Part shown: piece by piece, positions 33,013-55,902 of the stretch | Layout of the letters: each line of letters opens with the position of its first letter | Position numbering within the stretch: position 1 is the stretch's first letter | Origin: the human T2T-CHM13v2.0 reference genome, Homo sapiens | Assembly: GCF_009914755.1 (NCBI RefSeq) | Contig: NC_060934.1 | Reading direction: 5' to 3' (one strand) | DNA: 64,000 nucleotides | Program-made: the position numbers and the translations under genes | The notes under the pieces: generated by a model | Told to the model about the DNA's origin: nothing | Seen by the model: only the letters and a program-made list of their open reading frames with translations | The model's database searches: none

Positions 33013-35147
33013 TTAGAAAATCTTTCACTTTTCAGGAAGAAAGCTTATAGTCTCTGTGGCTCTGTGTTGAGGAAACAGCATTAATCTCACTACAGGAGAC
33101 TGCTTCACTATCAGTTATTTCTACGTGGAAATATCTTGATTCCCAGTATCATTCTGTCCTGAGCCCAGCACATCCCAGGCTGCCCAAATCTTGCCATGCT
33201 CTCCTTTGAGCCAAGCTGATCTTAGCTTCTCTCGAAAGTTTCTGAATTGTCCCCCATATGGTCTCCCAGACTCTTCAGTTGAAAAAAGGAGCCCTCCCTG
33301 ACAGCCCAGGGGTCGGTGCCTGCTCATGGGAAGGTGGTTGCTGTTGAAAGCAGTTATGAGCTTACTGTTCACTCAACTCAGTGGCCACCTGACCCTTTAT
33401 GGTGCATGCAATTTTACCATGTACTTATGGCCAAGCACTACATAGTCAACAGACCTCATTAAGTTGTCAAAAAGCATTCTCAGGCTGAGGACGTTAGGCA
33501 ACCTGGCTTTAGTTGGCAGAGGTGCGTGGACACTGCCAAGGCTCCTATTTCTGGTTCCAGTGGATGAGGTGGAGGAGGATTATTTGTAATAATAGCAAAC
33601 AGCCAGGTGCGGTGGCTCACACCTGATAATCTCAACGCTTTGGGAGGTGGAGGTGGGAGGATCACGAGCCCAGGAGTTTGAGGCCAGCCTAGACAACATG
33701 GTGAGACTCCATCTCTATGAAAAAATTAAAAATCAGCTGGGTGTGGTTGCGCGTGCCTGTAGTCCCAGCTACTCAGGAGACTGAGGCGGAAGGAACCCTT
33801 GAGCCCAGGAGTTCAAGGTTACAGTGAGCTATGATCGCACCACTGTACCCCAGCCTGGGCAACAGAGTGAGACCCTATTTCTAAAAAGAGATAATAATAG
33901 CAAACACACATTGAGTTCTAACCAGGTGCCAGGCAGTATACTGAGGGCTTAAATGCAGCATCATGTCTGTTTCTCACAGCAACCCTACAAGGTAAGTGCT
34001 TGTGATTTCTACATTGTACAGATGAGCAAGAGAGATTCAGTAACATGCCGAGGTCTTGTAGAGGGCACAAATGCAGCCCCACAGTCTCACAGCAGAGCCC
34101 GCAGCACTGCACCACACTGACGCCTGAGCAAAGTTCACTCCCTGACTGGAGAGCCACAGAGGCACGACCGAAGGTCAGGGGACAGGGTTTCCTAGCATCC
34201 GCGAGCCTTACAGAAAGGCAACTGTGCAGTGCTCCAGCTGGCTTTCTCATGGAGAGTCAACAGAGACATTTCCCCTCCAGTAGAACACAGACCGTCTCTC
34301 CCCTCCCCCTTGTTGGTTTTACCCAGGCTTTGTTTTCTGAAAATGTGGCTGGGCCTGCTTAACATGCTTAGCAGGGCACTGGGAAATGCACTTCAGTGGC
34401 CGGTGCCAGCTAGCTTTTTGGAGTTTTAAAAAGACTTTCAGAAGTCTTATTTCTCCCCCATTGAAAGGAGGGAAAAGGGTTTTTATACAGTTACTTCTTT
34501 TGAGAGAAATGTGGAAACAGTGGGACCAGTGAAGTTCCTTCCGATAATGAAAGAGCGATATCTGTGTCTGAAGCAGGAGGCTTGAGATGATTTTTATGGA
34601 CACACCAAGAAATAACTGCATTCAGAAACAGGTGAAATTCCCAACGATGATGAAAAGAAAGGACTACAGATGGGAAAATTGTGTGTGATTACATTAGTAT
34701 CTCTTCCTGAAATGAGGGATACATTGATAGAGATGATTAAAGCCAACAGTAATCGGGCTAGCTTGCCGAGTGCTAGAAGTCAGTATTTCACAGATGGGGG
34801 TCCGTTTCTTTTGCATGTCAAGAAGGTTTACTTAGCATGTTACCAGCAGAACTAGTCCAGTTGTAGCTCAGTTTTTCCTAAGCAGTGGGAAAGGCTGCTT
34901 ATCCTGTCTGAAAGCAGGGGTTGGAGAAGGAGAATTTTCTTAGAATTTAACAACACAATCTGAGACTGAAATTCTTGACTGGAAATGCGGTTTTGTACAT
35001 GCTTGGTGTCCCTCTGATGTCAGCATCTCCTGAGTGTGTATAATCTAGCCCCGCTGCCTCCTATTTTAAGGAATTCCTTCAGCCAGGGGTCAGCTGCTTT
35101 GTTGCTGCCTGGAAGCAGCTTATCTCAGAATGCTCTTTCTGTTTCAG

Positions 35148-35228
35148 GTCTCTGTTCTAGGATGTCCCGACCCAGTGGTGCATGAGATCGCCTATCAGTA
35201 CGGAAAAAATGTAGGAATAGCTTTTCAG
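35148..35228 (+). CDS. PDSS1: PDSS1 exon 9 (VSVLG...GIAFQ)
   Basis: 81 nt, GxAFQ motif, canonical splice sites. Confidence 0.97.
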
Positions 35229-35373
35229 GTTAGTATGCTTTTTATTTGTAAGAATGGTGGCGTAGTGATACAGTCAGCATTCTCCCCTAGTGTGTAATCG
35301 TCAAAATAGTAAGAACGATGGCAGCAGTGTTGGCATGGCGGTGCTCCTTACATCCCATTTTTCCTTTTGCCAG

Positions 35374-35487
35374 CTAATAGATGATGTATTGGACTTCACC
35401 TCGTGTTCTGACCAGATGGGCAAACCAACATCAGCTGATCTGAAGCTCGGGTTAGCCACTGGTCCTGTCCTGTTTGCCTGTCAGCAG
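35374..35487 (+). CDS. PDSS1: PDSS1 exon 10 (second Asp-rich motif LIDDVLD...GKP..DL)
   Basis: 114 nt, SARM DDVLD at 35380-35394. Confidence 0.98.
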
Positions 35488-37364
35488 GTAGGTTTTACAA
35501 ACTCCCTTTGACACATCACTGCATAGCCCCACAGAACTGATGTCCCGCGGCACAGCTGATGGGAAGATTGCATAAAGGAATAGATGGGAAGGCATTCAGA
35601 TAAGAGATCACAGGTCTGCATTTGATCCTGGCTGAGTGAGATGTTGGGGCTGGTCATTTCACCTTGCTAAGACTGTTTCCTTATCTGTGAAATTGAGAAG
35701 ATCACCTTTCTCCCAGGGTGGTTGTGAGGATTAGCTAAGATCCTATTTGAGATCTTTGTGTCTTGTGGTGTGCCATAGGCATTTGAGGTAGCATCGTGAT
35801 TATTTCCATATATTTTGGCCACTGGCAAAGTGAACGGTTTCTAAGTCTTGATTATAGGACTGGACTTTGGTGGTCCTCAGAGCCCCTTAAAAGGCATAGG
35901 AAGCATCAAGGGCCTCCAAGCATAAGAAATTCTCCGGTTCTAGAAGTTTAATGAGACTCTGCTGCTCTGAGAGAGGCTTTAGAACCTCGGCCATTGCCTC
36001 AAAATGTCAGGAAGTCAGTGGAGTGCAGTAGACCCACATAGTTCCTTCTTTCTCCGGATTGAGGGACTGAGTCCCCCTTAATGTGAATGAAAGGCTTAGG
36101 AAGCTTCAAAGATGTTCCCTCGACTGACAAAGCAGACATTCTCACAGCCTCCTCCAGACCCTGCCACATGGCTTGTGGCTGTACTGAATGTTACTTGAAA
36201 TAAGTGAGACATTAGCTGGTGTTGGAACATCTCGTTAATAGATTTTCATCTTAGTAGTATTTAATTTGTTATGTTGCAAAGCAGTAAGATGTTCATCACC
36301 GTGCCATGAAATTCAACATTAGCTCTTTGGTGTAAAATTATAGTAACTTTTGGTCTTTCAGAGATTTTGCCTCTATTCTGTCTTCACGTTTACAAAGGTC
36401 AGTCATGTCCTCCATAAAATTCAGTGATTCCACTGTGATACAGAAACCACGGCCCTTGCTTTTGGTGGGTTTCTGATTGGAGAGAGGAAAGGTCATCTTT
36501 CACCCACTATCTAGCATAGCCATTGGCAGCATGATTCTTCCCAGGGGAGGCTGACGTTCTGGGTGGCTGGACCAGGCTACTTTGGCAGCTTGCTAAGGCT
36601 ATGAATGGAGATGTTGGGGTACTCGGTAGGAACACCCACCCTCATTATTACAAGGCTTCCATCCTCTCAAACTTTGGAGGCTGAGGTAAGAAGTGAAAGG
36701 TATGCTGTAAATAGGTCCTCTCTCCCAATGAGGCTTACTTGCCAGCCCAAAATCAAAGAGTATAATACATGTGCCCAGTTTTGACAAAAATTTATAAAAC
36801 CTCCTTTTGTACATTAAGGCAAGAGTGAGGAACATTTGAGCCATGTAGGTGTTATGCTGGGGATTAGAAAAATGAGGCACTGGCTACCAGTAACCTATAT
36901 AACTGCGAACATTACTTCTCAGATACTTGTTAGTAAACATGAGTGAAGGAAAGCAAGATGGACTGAGTGTGCTGAAATCCAGCTAGCTTGGTAAAGATTC
37001 CTTTACCTAGGCTCAGATTATCAGGATAAAAGGAAAAAGCCTTTTTCCCTGGAGAAGTCTATGAGAAAGTTTTGGTTGCTCTATTTGTAAAAATCTTCAA
37101 ATTGTTAAGTACTTGTTATGAACCCCAGGATACTAAGTTACCGGTTGAGTCCTACTTAAACCTTAAGGTGACTGGGTGAGAGGAGGCTGGCCTCTTCGGA
37201 CTGTGTTTCACTCTGAATATATTTCAGAAGAAACTAACTTACTTTCCCCTACACACACAAAGGAGTAATGGCTATCTCTGCTTTCATATATAGTGGGGGA
37301 AAGGGGAAATGGACCTCTGCATAGTATCTGTCAGTAATCTACAAGAGACTGAAAAATGCTGGTT

Positions 37365-45780
<8,416 letters not shown>

Positions 45781-46240
45781 CTATTGGATAAAGTGAGTGC
45801 CTTTGGAAGAAAGGAAGCTGATTTTCATCATAAACCCTCTGTACTTTCATTTTGTTATGTCTTTATTCTTTATTTTTTAAGTAAGTTTTACTTGTGTTTT
45901 TTTTACATTTAAAAATGTTGTATAAAGATACTTTGTACATAGAACTTCTGAGAAATTCTAATAAGTAAAAATTAGGGGAAAACGAATGACTATGTAATAT
46001 TGATGAGCTAGTTGCTTTGCATGCTAATAGAATAAAAATTTGCTTCAATATGAGAAAAAGGCCTAAAGGAAGTTAGCACTATGAGTCGGGAAAAGAACAT
46101 TAGAGATGTAGTTTGACTGTTAACTGTAATCCTCAGCTCATCTGATCTCAAAACTATGTGTTCATTTATTATAGCAGGAAGTTAAAACGCTGATTCAGTC
46201 AGTGACAGGCATCTGTTCTGTTTTGTTCTGTATCTTATAG

Positions 46241-46381
46241 AGTGATGGTGTGCAACAAACAACCTACCTCGCCCAGCAGTACTGCCATGAAGCAATAAGA
46301 GAGATCAGTAAACTTCGACCATCCCCAGAAAGAGATGCCCTCATTCAGCTTTCAGAAATTGTACTCACAAGAGATAAATGA
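46241..46381 (+). CDS. PDSS1: PDSS1 exon 12 CDS (SDGVQQ...VLTRDK*)
   Basis: 141 nt to TGA; exon sum 1248 nt = 415 aa + stop. Confidence 0.97.
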   Translation, partial: SDGVQQTTYLAQQYCHEAIREISKLRPSPERDALIQLSEIVLTRDK

Positions 46382-46705
46382 CAACTCTTTCTGTTCTTTC
46401 TGGCAGCTATCTTACCAGACTGTGCCTAAAGAATTTTGTGGAATACACTTTGTTTGCTTCATGTGCAGATAACCAAAAATCATTTTAAAAGATATCAAAC
46501 TTATTGATGGGCAATTTATTTTTTTTTATTGCAAAAGTTTTTTCAGAAAACTTTTTAAATGTAATTAATAAACCACCTGAATCTGTCATTCTAGTCCTAT
46601 AAATTATAATCAAGGTATCTTGATGGTTATATGTGGTATTGTTTACACTGTTAATATCCACATGTAAGGCCATTACACAAATAAATAACCAATGTTAAAA
46701 TTCAA
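46382..46705 (+). other. PDSS1: PDSS1 3'UTR with poly(A) signals
   Basis: AATAAA at 46567-46572 and 46680-46685, GT-rich stretch after ~46705; end position inferred. Confidence 0.75.
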
Positions 46706-48477
46706 ATGGTTTGTCTTGATTTACCGTAGGAGTAAAGGTCAGAAAAATGTGAAGTCTGCATTGAAGTCCACATGAGTTATATTTTAACAGTATCCAAAAT
46801 TTCATATAGGAGAATGGTTTATTATAAAAGACTGTACATAAAATTTAGACAACAGGTTATATACAAATTAAGAGAACAATCCACTTGAAAAATGGAAAGT
46901 AGAAGGTAGCTAGCTGATCACTAATGATACTTTGTTTGTTTAAAATTAACAAAGGCAAAATGCATATGAAATAGTCACATTGATTTGGTAGCAATAATGG
47001 TCTTTAATTTTCAGAAATAACTGTTTTGCACTAGTCTTACCATTCACTATGCTGTTATAAGTCTGTAGCATCCAGTACATAACTGTAATTTGAATTCCAA
47101 ACAAATCCTCAATAACACAGAAACCCACACTTGAGTGCTCTACTTTAATATCCTAAGCAATAGAGAATTATACACAAGACAAGAAGAGAAAACATCCCTC
47201 AGCCCTCCCTTCAATTAAGAGGAGACACACAAAGTGCATGTGTTGCATTTTGATTATGTCAAAAGACAATCCAAGTCTGTTGGTTAGGTAAATCTCTGTT
47301 CACTGATTAATACATGACCCACCTTCTTTCCCAATTATTTTATTTTAAAATTCTAATGTTGCTAGTGCCAGGTAATGGATTAAAGAGTGCCTACTCACAA
47401 ATCAACTGTATCCACTTTTACAATATGTAAAAGGTACTTTTAACTTCCTTTCATTGAACCAGTGTACAACAGTTCACTGTACAACTGAAGGACTGACATG
47501 GCAATCCTTAAGAATTTTACCTACAGAATGAATGCACACAATTTGACACATTTTCTTAGTTTCAAAAGATTATTTAAAAAAGGAATTCAGTAGATTGACT
47601 TGTAAATAACCATTGCAGATTTTGAATCTGCAAAAATCCGTCACATTGCTGTTGGGACAGATTAAGATAAGGCTAAAATTTTTTTCCAAGTTAACATATT
47701 GAGAAAATAGAATCATAATTCTGCAATAAATCATTATCTTTTATTTTTTTTAAAGCAAATCAGTGAAGGAAAGGACAAAAACCTTTGGTTCACTTATGTA
47801 TTTATGAATGGAAAAAGTTTATAATGCAAATTTCACTCATTAAAAAACTTAGGTACAAATTACAACATTACAGATAATTCTCTTTTTGCTTGTTTCACAT
47901 GGAGACCTTGGAGACTCAATTCACGTTAAGACACCTAAGTACGAGTCCTCCAGGTAAATATTACACAAATGGGAAGCATCTTGAATTTTTAAGTATATTT
48001 CAATACATAAATTTTTATGCATGCTTTAAACAAACAGTATTTTTTTTAAATGAGAGAATCTAACAAAAAAAGTCTGACCAGCACCAGCATTTAAATTTTC
48101 TGATTTTAATATTAGTCTGACATAGCGTTAGTAACCATGCTGCACTGAAACATGTAATGGTACAATCTGAATCATGATTCGTTAAATATTATACCCCACT
48201 TCCCCCAGAATATTTAGGCTGGTCATAAAGTTAAAAATGTGTAAGTAAGTACATAAGCATAATCAGTTATGGACAGCTTCTTGTATAAATTGCTATTCAG
48301 CAATACATAAACTGCCTCAAAGATTTATGCTTACAGGTAGACATTCAATTTACCAATAAAACAGCATGTTCTGAAAATATGGGCACATTTTAAAACATAT
48401 TAAGACAGTTCTGTTAACCATAATAGTCCCACAGTATGACTGAGTAATAAGAATCTACTTCAAAAGAAAAAAAAAAA
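46495..48477 (-). other. ABI1: ABI1 3'UTR with several poly(A) signals
   Basis: Follows the ABI1 stop; minus-strand AATAAA (TTTATT on +) at 47740-47745, 47339-47344, 46818-46823, 46525-46530 and 46515-46520; repeat-free and AU-rich; distal end inferred. Confidence 0.7.
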
Positions 48478-48702
<225 letters not shown>

Positions 48703-49235
48703 TTACTTGAATTTTAAGACAAAGACAATTAAATATATAGCACAGCAAAACTATTTTTATGAAGATTTCTTAATTTTTGTATCTATCAATATAAGTAGGT
48801 CAGTGGCCAACCATGTACTTAAATCATTGGCTTAATCTTAGAGCCAAATGACAATCTGATTAGACTGAATACATCAATAGGTTCTGTCAATCACTTTAAG
48901 AAAGCTCTCTGAATTTTAGAATTTATTAGATGTTTCAATTCATTCAAATACCAAGTGCCTATCATATGCAAAGCACCGGCTTTTCAAAATAATTATCAGG
49001 CAAAGAAAGCTGCATAGCCATTCAGTAAACCAGGTAACAATCCAAGCTATCTAATTTGAAAAAACACAGTTACTGGAAGGTAAATCACATCCTACTCATT
49101 CAAGGACCCATGCTAATTTAAGGGACTGTCCCCAGATTTTTTTTTAAAGAATATTTACTTACTTTAAAGGATTTTAATTAATACTTAGAGAACTTTGCAA
49201 TTCTGTGGTGTCTGTAATTTTTTCAGTTCAAGATA

Positions 49236-49584
49236 CAGGTTGAGTAACCCTTATCTGAAATGCCTGGGATCAGAACTGCTTTGGATTTGGGATTTTCAGA
49301 TTTTGGAATTTTACATATGCGTAATGAGACATCTTGGAGATGGGACCCAAGTCTAAACACAAAACTCATTTTTGTTTCACATACACCTTATACACATAGT
49401 CTGAAGGTAATTTTATTTTTCCCTTGGGAACACTGAATAAACTGTGTCATGTGCCTGCATTTTGATTGTGACCCATCACGTGAGGTCAGGTGTGGAATTT
49501 TCCACTTGCGGCATCATGTTGGAACTCATTTTGGATTTTGGAGCATTTTGAATTTGGGACTTTCAGATAGGGATGCTTAGCCTA
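49236..49584. mobile_element. Tigger4/MER46-like TcMar DNA transposon
   Basis: TA-flanked caggttgagta...tgcttagcct termini and typical body. Confidence 0.75.
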
Positions 49585-49639
49585 TATTCACTTCCTTTGC
49601 AAACTGCTATGGAAAGAGAAAGTAATCCAAAATGTATAA

Positions 49640-49845
49640 AATGGCCCATGGACAAATCCAAACCACGCAATTTTTGTAAATAAAGGTTTATTGCAATATG
49701 GCCACATCTACTTACTCATGTATTGTCTATGTCTGCTTTTACGCTACAATAGCAGGACTGAGTAGTTGTGACAGAGACTGTATAGCCAGCAAAGTTTAAA
49801 ATATTTACTATCTGGCTTTATACCAAACAAAGTGTGCTCACCCCT
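49640..49845. mobile_element. MER58A-like hAT-Charlie element
   Basis: tttttgtaaataaagg...aaaatatttactatctggc motifs. Confidence 0.7.
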
Positions 49846-50295
49846 AGTTCTTGGGAATATACTTTTTAATCCTCCTCTACTATCAAATATATTACCCAAT
49901 ATATCATTCCAAATTTGTCAACTTATATAAATATGGTCCCATTTTCACAGTTAATTGGCTTCACCAAGTAAGAAAATATGGGTAAAAACACAATTCAAGG
50001 TCACTCAAGTTTATCATCCTCGTAAGTAACAACAGCTCTCTATTTGAAGGTATATGGGAATCTCAAGTAGAATATTCAAGACTTTCTTAACAATATGTAA
50101 ATTACTTACTGTTTAAAAATATAAGGCCACGCTCGGCTCATGCCGGTAATCCCAGCACAGGGAGGCTGAGATGGGCGGATCACTTGAGGTCAGGAGTTCA
50201 AGACCAGCCTGGCCAACATGGCAAAACCCCATCTCTACTAAAAATACAAAAGTTAGCTGGGCGTGGTGGCGGGCACCTGTAATCCCAGCTACTTA

Positions 50296-50433
<138 letters not shown>

Positions 50434-50899
50434 TTACTTTTGCCACATATCCAAAACTTGGGCAGGAAAGAATGCTGCTGGTCTCAAGAGCTACATCTAC
50501 TAGCTTAAAGTCCGTTAACCCAGTAAAGTCAATAGAAGGAAATATATTTCAAAGGCAACCAAAAGTGTTCAACTAAATCACAAGCATTTTTCAGAACTCT
50601 ATAGAAATACAGATTTTATTTTTAATTGATTCCCACTTCTGCAAAAAGAAATACAGATTTTAAAATAGCACAGAACTGGATGAAAAAATAAAAACTAGAA
50701 ACAGGATTTGTTTCTTCCCCACCTATATTTCTTAATAGATAATTATAGTGAATATCGGGTACTATAGGTAAATTAGACTTTAGAGTAGTTCATAATTTCA
50801 TGAAATACAATCCTGATAATTTCTCTTGTGTTTTATAAAATCACCTAATTGAAACCTTAATTGAGGCTTTTCTCATGATAGTACTAATATATTTTTAAA

Positions 50900-51135
50900 G
50901 ACCGATGCTCCTCCACTTACATACAATGGGGTTATGTCCCAATAAACCCACTGTTTAGTGGAAAATATTGTAAATTGAAAGTACATTTTCAACTTGTATT
51001 TTTTTTACTTATAACAGGTTTATCCAGACAAAGCTCCATCATAAGTTGAGAAGCATACTGAATGCATATCATTTTTGTACCATCATAAAGTTGAAAAGAT
51101 CCTAAAGTGAACCATCATAAATCAGGGACCGTCCA
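50900..51135. mobile_element. MER47/Tigger5-like element with internal fold-back
   Basis: gatgctcctc...ggggttatgtccc left end, tcagggaccgtc right end. Confidence 0.65.
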
Positions 51136-51485
51136 TATTTAGATATGAAAGGTAATCAATAGAGCTTGACAGAACTTTTAAAATCTTTACTAATTACATA
51201 TAACTCCATTTTTGTGCCTTAGCTGTTTCATCTATAAAATGCCGTCCAGCAAGTTAATCTTCAGCTGAACGCATATGTAGTTTGAAAGCAAATCTAACAC
51301 TGCAACTTTTATTTAAAATACAAAGAAAGAATCCCCCTGTACACTGGGAATAATACAAAACTTAGGAAGTAAGGTTTAAGTAAATCATCTTGGTTGGTAA
51401 GGCAGTTTAAAAGGCTGAGAAACATTGGATTAGATGTTCTTTATAGTTCTAAATTTCTACAATTAGGTTATTTTCCTTCACATCA

Positions 51486-51701
<216 letters not shown>

Positions 51702-54700
51702 TCATATGATTGATTTGAATCAAAAATAAGTCTAGATGGAAACTTATAAGTTAACAGAATTTAAGAAAGCTCTAACTTAAGTACAGCATGCACTATAATA
51801 AAACATGCAATGATTAGAAATAAAAGCTTGGTGTGTTAAAGTTTATGCTACTCAAGAATCATTTAAAAATAACAAAATGAGCTAAAAATAAGGGTATCTG
51901 GAAGTACTACAAATTAATGAATGCAGGGTGTTAGGAGACAATGTCTCTTTTTATAAGGATTATAGGAGTAGTTTCCTTATTCCAAGGTTCAGATCGGGAC
52001 AAATGTTAACAATCTAAAATAAATCTATGTCACTTTTGTCATTTGGACTGCAGTAATGATATGAGTAACATTACGTTAATGGTTTGATCACTCTTCACTC
52101 TGCTCATTCATGCCCCTGATTTTGGCTTGAAACAGCTTTGGTTCCCTAAAAATTCAGTCTCCTGTGGACAGATTTTTGTTTCTTTGTTGATTATTGTTTG
52201 TTTTGATGAAGAGAAAAGTAAAGTTGGTAGTATTAGGTCTGCTTCTGTGTGCAGATTTTCTACTCTGTTATTTACATTTTACAAGTTGAAAAAATGGAAA
52301 AAGAATCCCCAACCAGTAGAAAATCTAATTGAGTATTTTTAAAAAGGTTTATATTCATAATTAGTTTTTTAATGTAGAAAGCAAGCTAAAATTTTGCATT
52401 ATTGCTAGTAAAACATAAGCACGGGATGAGGGAAAGCCTAGATCCTAAAGATTCGATTTTCTAAGAATACATCAACAATTAAGATTTAAACATAAAGTGT
52501 TGAAGATGTAATTAAAAAAAACAAACAAAAAGGAACTTACAGTAAACAAAACAATAAAAATGACTCATACCTCAAACTCTAGATGGTCGTGGTCAGTATA
52601 TATGTGTGTGCTTTACACAGTCAAAGGTGTAAACAGGGAAATGGGAAAATGTCAGGCTAGAGCTCTGTTCAATGAACTAGTATAATATCAGGTAAAAATG
52701 CTCCTAAAATTTAAAGAATTCAAAGCTGGAACCCAATTAATGCTTAACTTAAATTTCTGATCAATAAATTTCTTTAAAAGTTCAAAAGACATATGAAAAT
52801 GTTTTCATACAAATTGATACAGGAATTACATAATTCCTGCAGGGGAGAAGTTCATAATACAAACATACTAAATCAAATGCCAATTTCTGGGGCTATTTAC
52901 GTGATCAAAGAAATCAGCCATAATCTATCTGTCATATAGGTTTAAACGTTTAGTCTACCCTCCTTGGAATAATGTGCTGAATATACAACCAAGGGCTCCA
53001 GGTTTAAAATATTTGCAGATAATGACCCTATTTCCATAACCACTTCAATGCTGTGATTTCTATTTTATCCTCTCGAGGGATGAAAGGGCTATTAGAAAAC
53101 AAACCCTATATGGTAATGCTCACTATAACACCTATCAAACGGGTCTACAATTAATTTTTCTGCCTCATTCCTAGATCCATTTTATCTTTGCCCATAACTT
53201 CCTCTATAAAACTTTTTAATATTATTGAGGAGAGGAAAATGGGTACAGACCCCTCCTGACATCAAACAGCCATAGTTCATATCCTTAATTTGGCTTAATG
53301 TGTAAATTATGTATGTTGGTACCTTGCATTTACTCTTGATTTATCACATTAGTTTAATGTTTTCACGAAATTGTCTTTATGTCCAACTGCTGTAAATCTA
53401 CATGTCTTATCTTCAAATTATGGCGAAGGAAGTCTTGGTTAATCTAATTCTCTGCATAATCATAAAGAGATGTAAACACACTGCTGACTTTTTTAGAGGC
53501 TCATATCTTAAACTGAAATACTTATTAATAGGCTGCTACATGCATTCATTATCACCCACTTTGAGTGTCATAAGAAACTGGGTATTTAAGAGAACACATA
53601 AAATTTGTACTTCATAAAACGTTTAAAGTACTGATACATATTTTAACACCAATCCTCCTAACACACTTTCAAAGAAAACAGAAACCAAATAAAGTTAGGG
53701 AATCTGTGGCACAAGGAGAATCACTGACTGACCCAAGTTCATATGTTTGGTAAAAAGAACTAATATAGTACCAAGAGCCTCTTTAGCAAAGACCACACAT
53801 GCCTAGAATAATGTACACTAATACTGGATTTCTATATAAAGAAAAGATTTACCAAATAGCTAGTCAGTCACTTTGGACCCACAAAACTGATGTTCATTAT
53901 GGCTATTTTAAATTATTTCCTAATAATTCTTACTGATATGGCAGTTCAAAAGTTTACACTGGCCTTGTTTTTAAACTCTGCAGCATTAATGACCAGCAGT
54001 TTACCCTTACTCATTTATTTTTAAAAATAAGATTCACATCTATCTATCCATCCATCCATGCATTTATTTATTTTTGCACTCTATTTATTTTTGCACGTCT
54101 AGGCTGGAGTGCAGTAGTGTGATCATGGCTCACTGCAGCCTTGACGTCCTGGACTCAAATGATGCCCCAGCCTCAGCCTACCTGGTAGCTGGAACTACAG
54201 GCACATGCCACTACACCTGGCTAATTTTTTATTTTTTTGTACAGACAGTCTTGCCATGTTGCCCAGGCTGATTATTCATATCTTTTTAAATGTTTGCACA
54301 CATTAGGGTTTTCAAACACATATTAACAGTAAGGATGGCTTACACTCAGAAATTTCAACATTACAAAACAACATTTTATAACAAGCCAATTGGATCACAC
54401 ATTTCCTGAAGGAAGGGGCTTTTGTCTTAAACTGCTGGTATTCTTCCCGGAGTCTGGCACGTAACATCGGGTACACAAATATTTGACTGGCAGGAGGGAG
54501 GGAATGGGGAGAATAACACAACAGGGTCAGCAAAAGCTGAAGAATGGAATTTGCCACAATATATTTTCTTGGAGGATAGGCTGGGCAAGTGGGTTATTCA
54601 TTTGTTCAAACCATCCTGAGATTTATTTTCATGGTGATGGTCCAAATGAAGTAAATTAAAAATAGACCACATTACCATCAACAGCTTTTCTAGCATATTA

Positions 54701-55461
54701 TAATTCAGTAATAGTGGTATTTTTCACTTTATATAAGATTCACTGTGATCATGCAGTTAGGATTACACATCTTCTGGAATTTCAAAAGTAATCAGGCAGT
54801 AATATAAACTAGTCTATCCTGATTAAAGCCATATATCCAAAATAACTTCTCCCCCCCCACAAAAAAAAATCCCTGAACTTCATTCGAGAGAAGATCTAAA
54901 AAAGTTAACTGATTTTCATATTCAGGAACAATCTTCGTGGGCCTGGATGTAGCCAAAATGTGAAAAGGATGCTAAATTGCTTATCACTCACACTGAAATG
55001 GATAGCATGAATGTAATTTACTTATTCCTGGTCATTCAATCTTATCCTAACAATGAACCTTTACGTAGGTTCAATATCATGTATGTACAAAAATCTGAGG
55101 CTACAAAGCTTTCCCTAAAATTTTGAAATTAAGGGGGGAAAATCTGCCCCAATTTCATATTAAATTTAATCTTACAGTATATCTACCTATCTCTTGATAA
55201 ATTTATTAGAATTAAAAATGTCTTCTAATTCTAGTAACTGTTAGAAGCTAAAAGTTTCCATATAATTTGAATTTTTGTGTTTGATTATTCTTTCCTTAAG
55301 AATATGTAAAGATCAGATCTCCTGTTTTAGGATCATGTAAAGACATAAGAAAATTGCAGCTTTGAAATTTATATGGGTCAGTAACCATGCACACAAAGAG
55401 AAAAAACTGAAGACCGTGCTCTTCAGTTTCAGTAACATGTCTGCACCTATTTTCAAGATTA

Positions 55462-55902
<441 letters not shown>

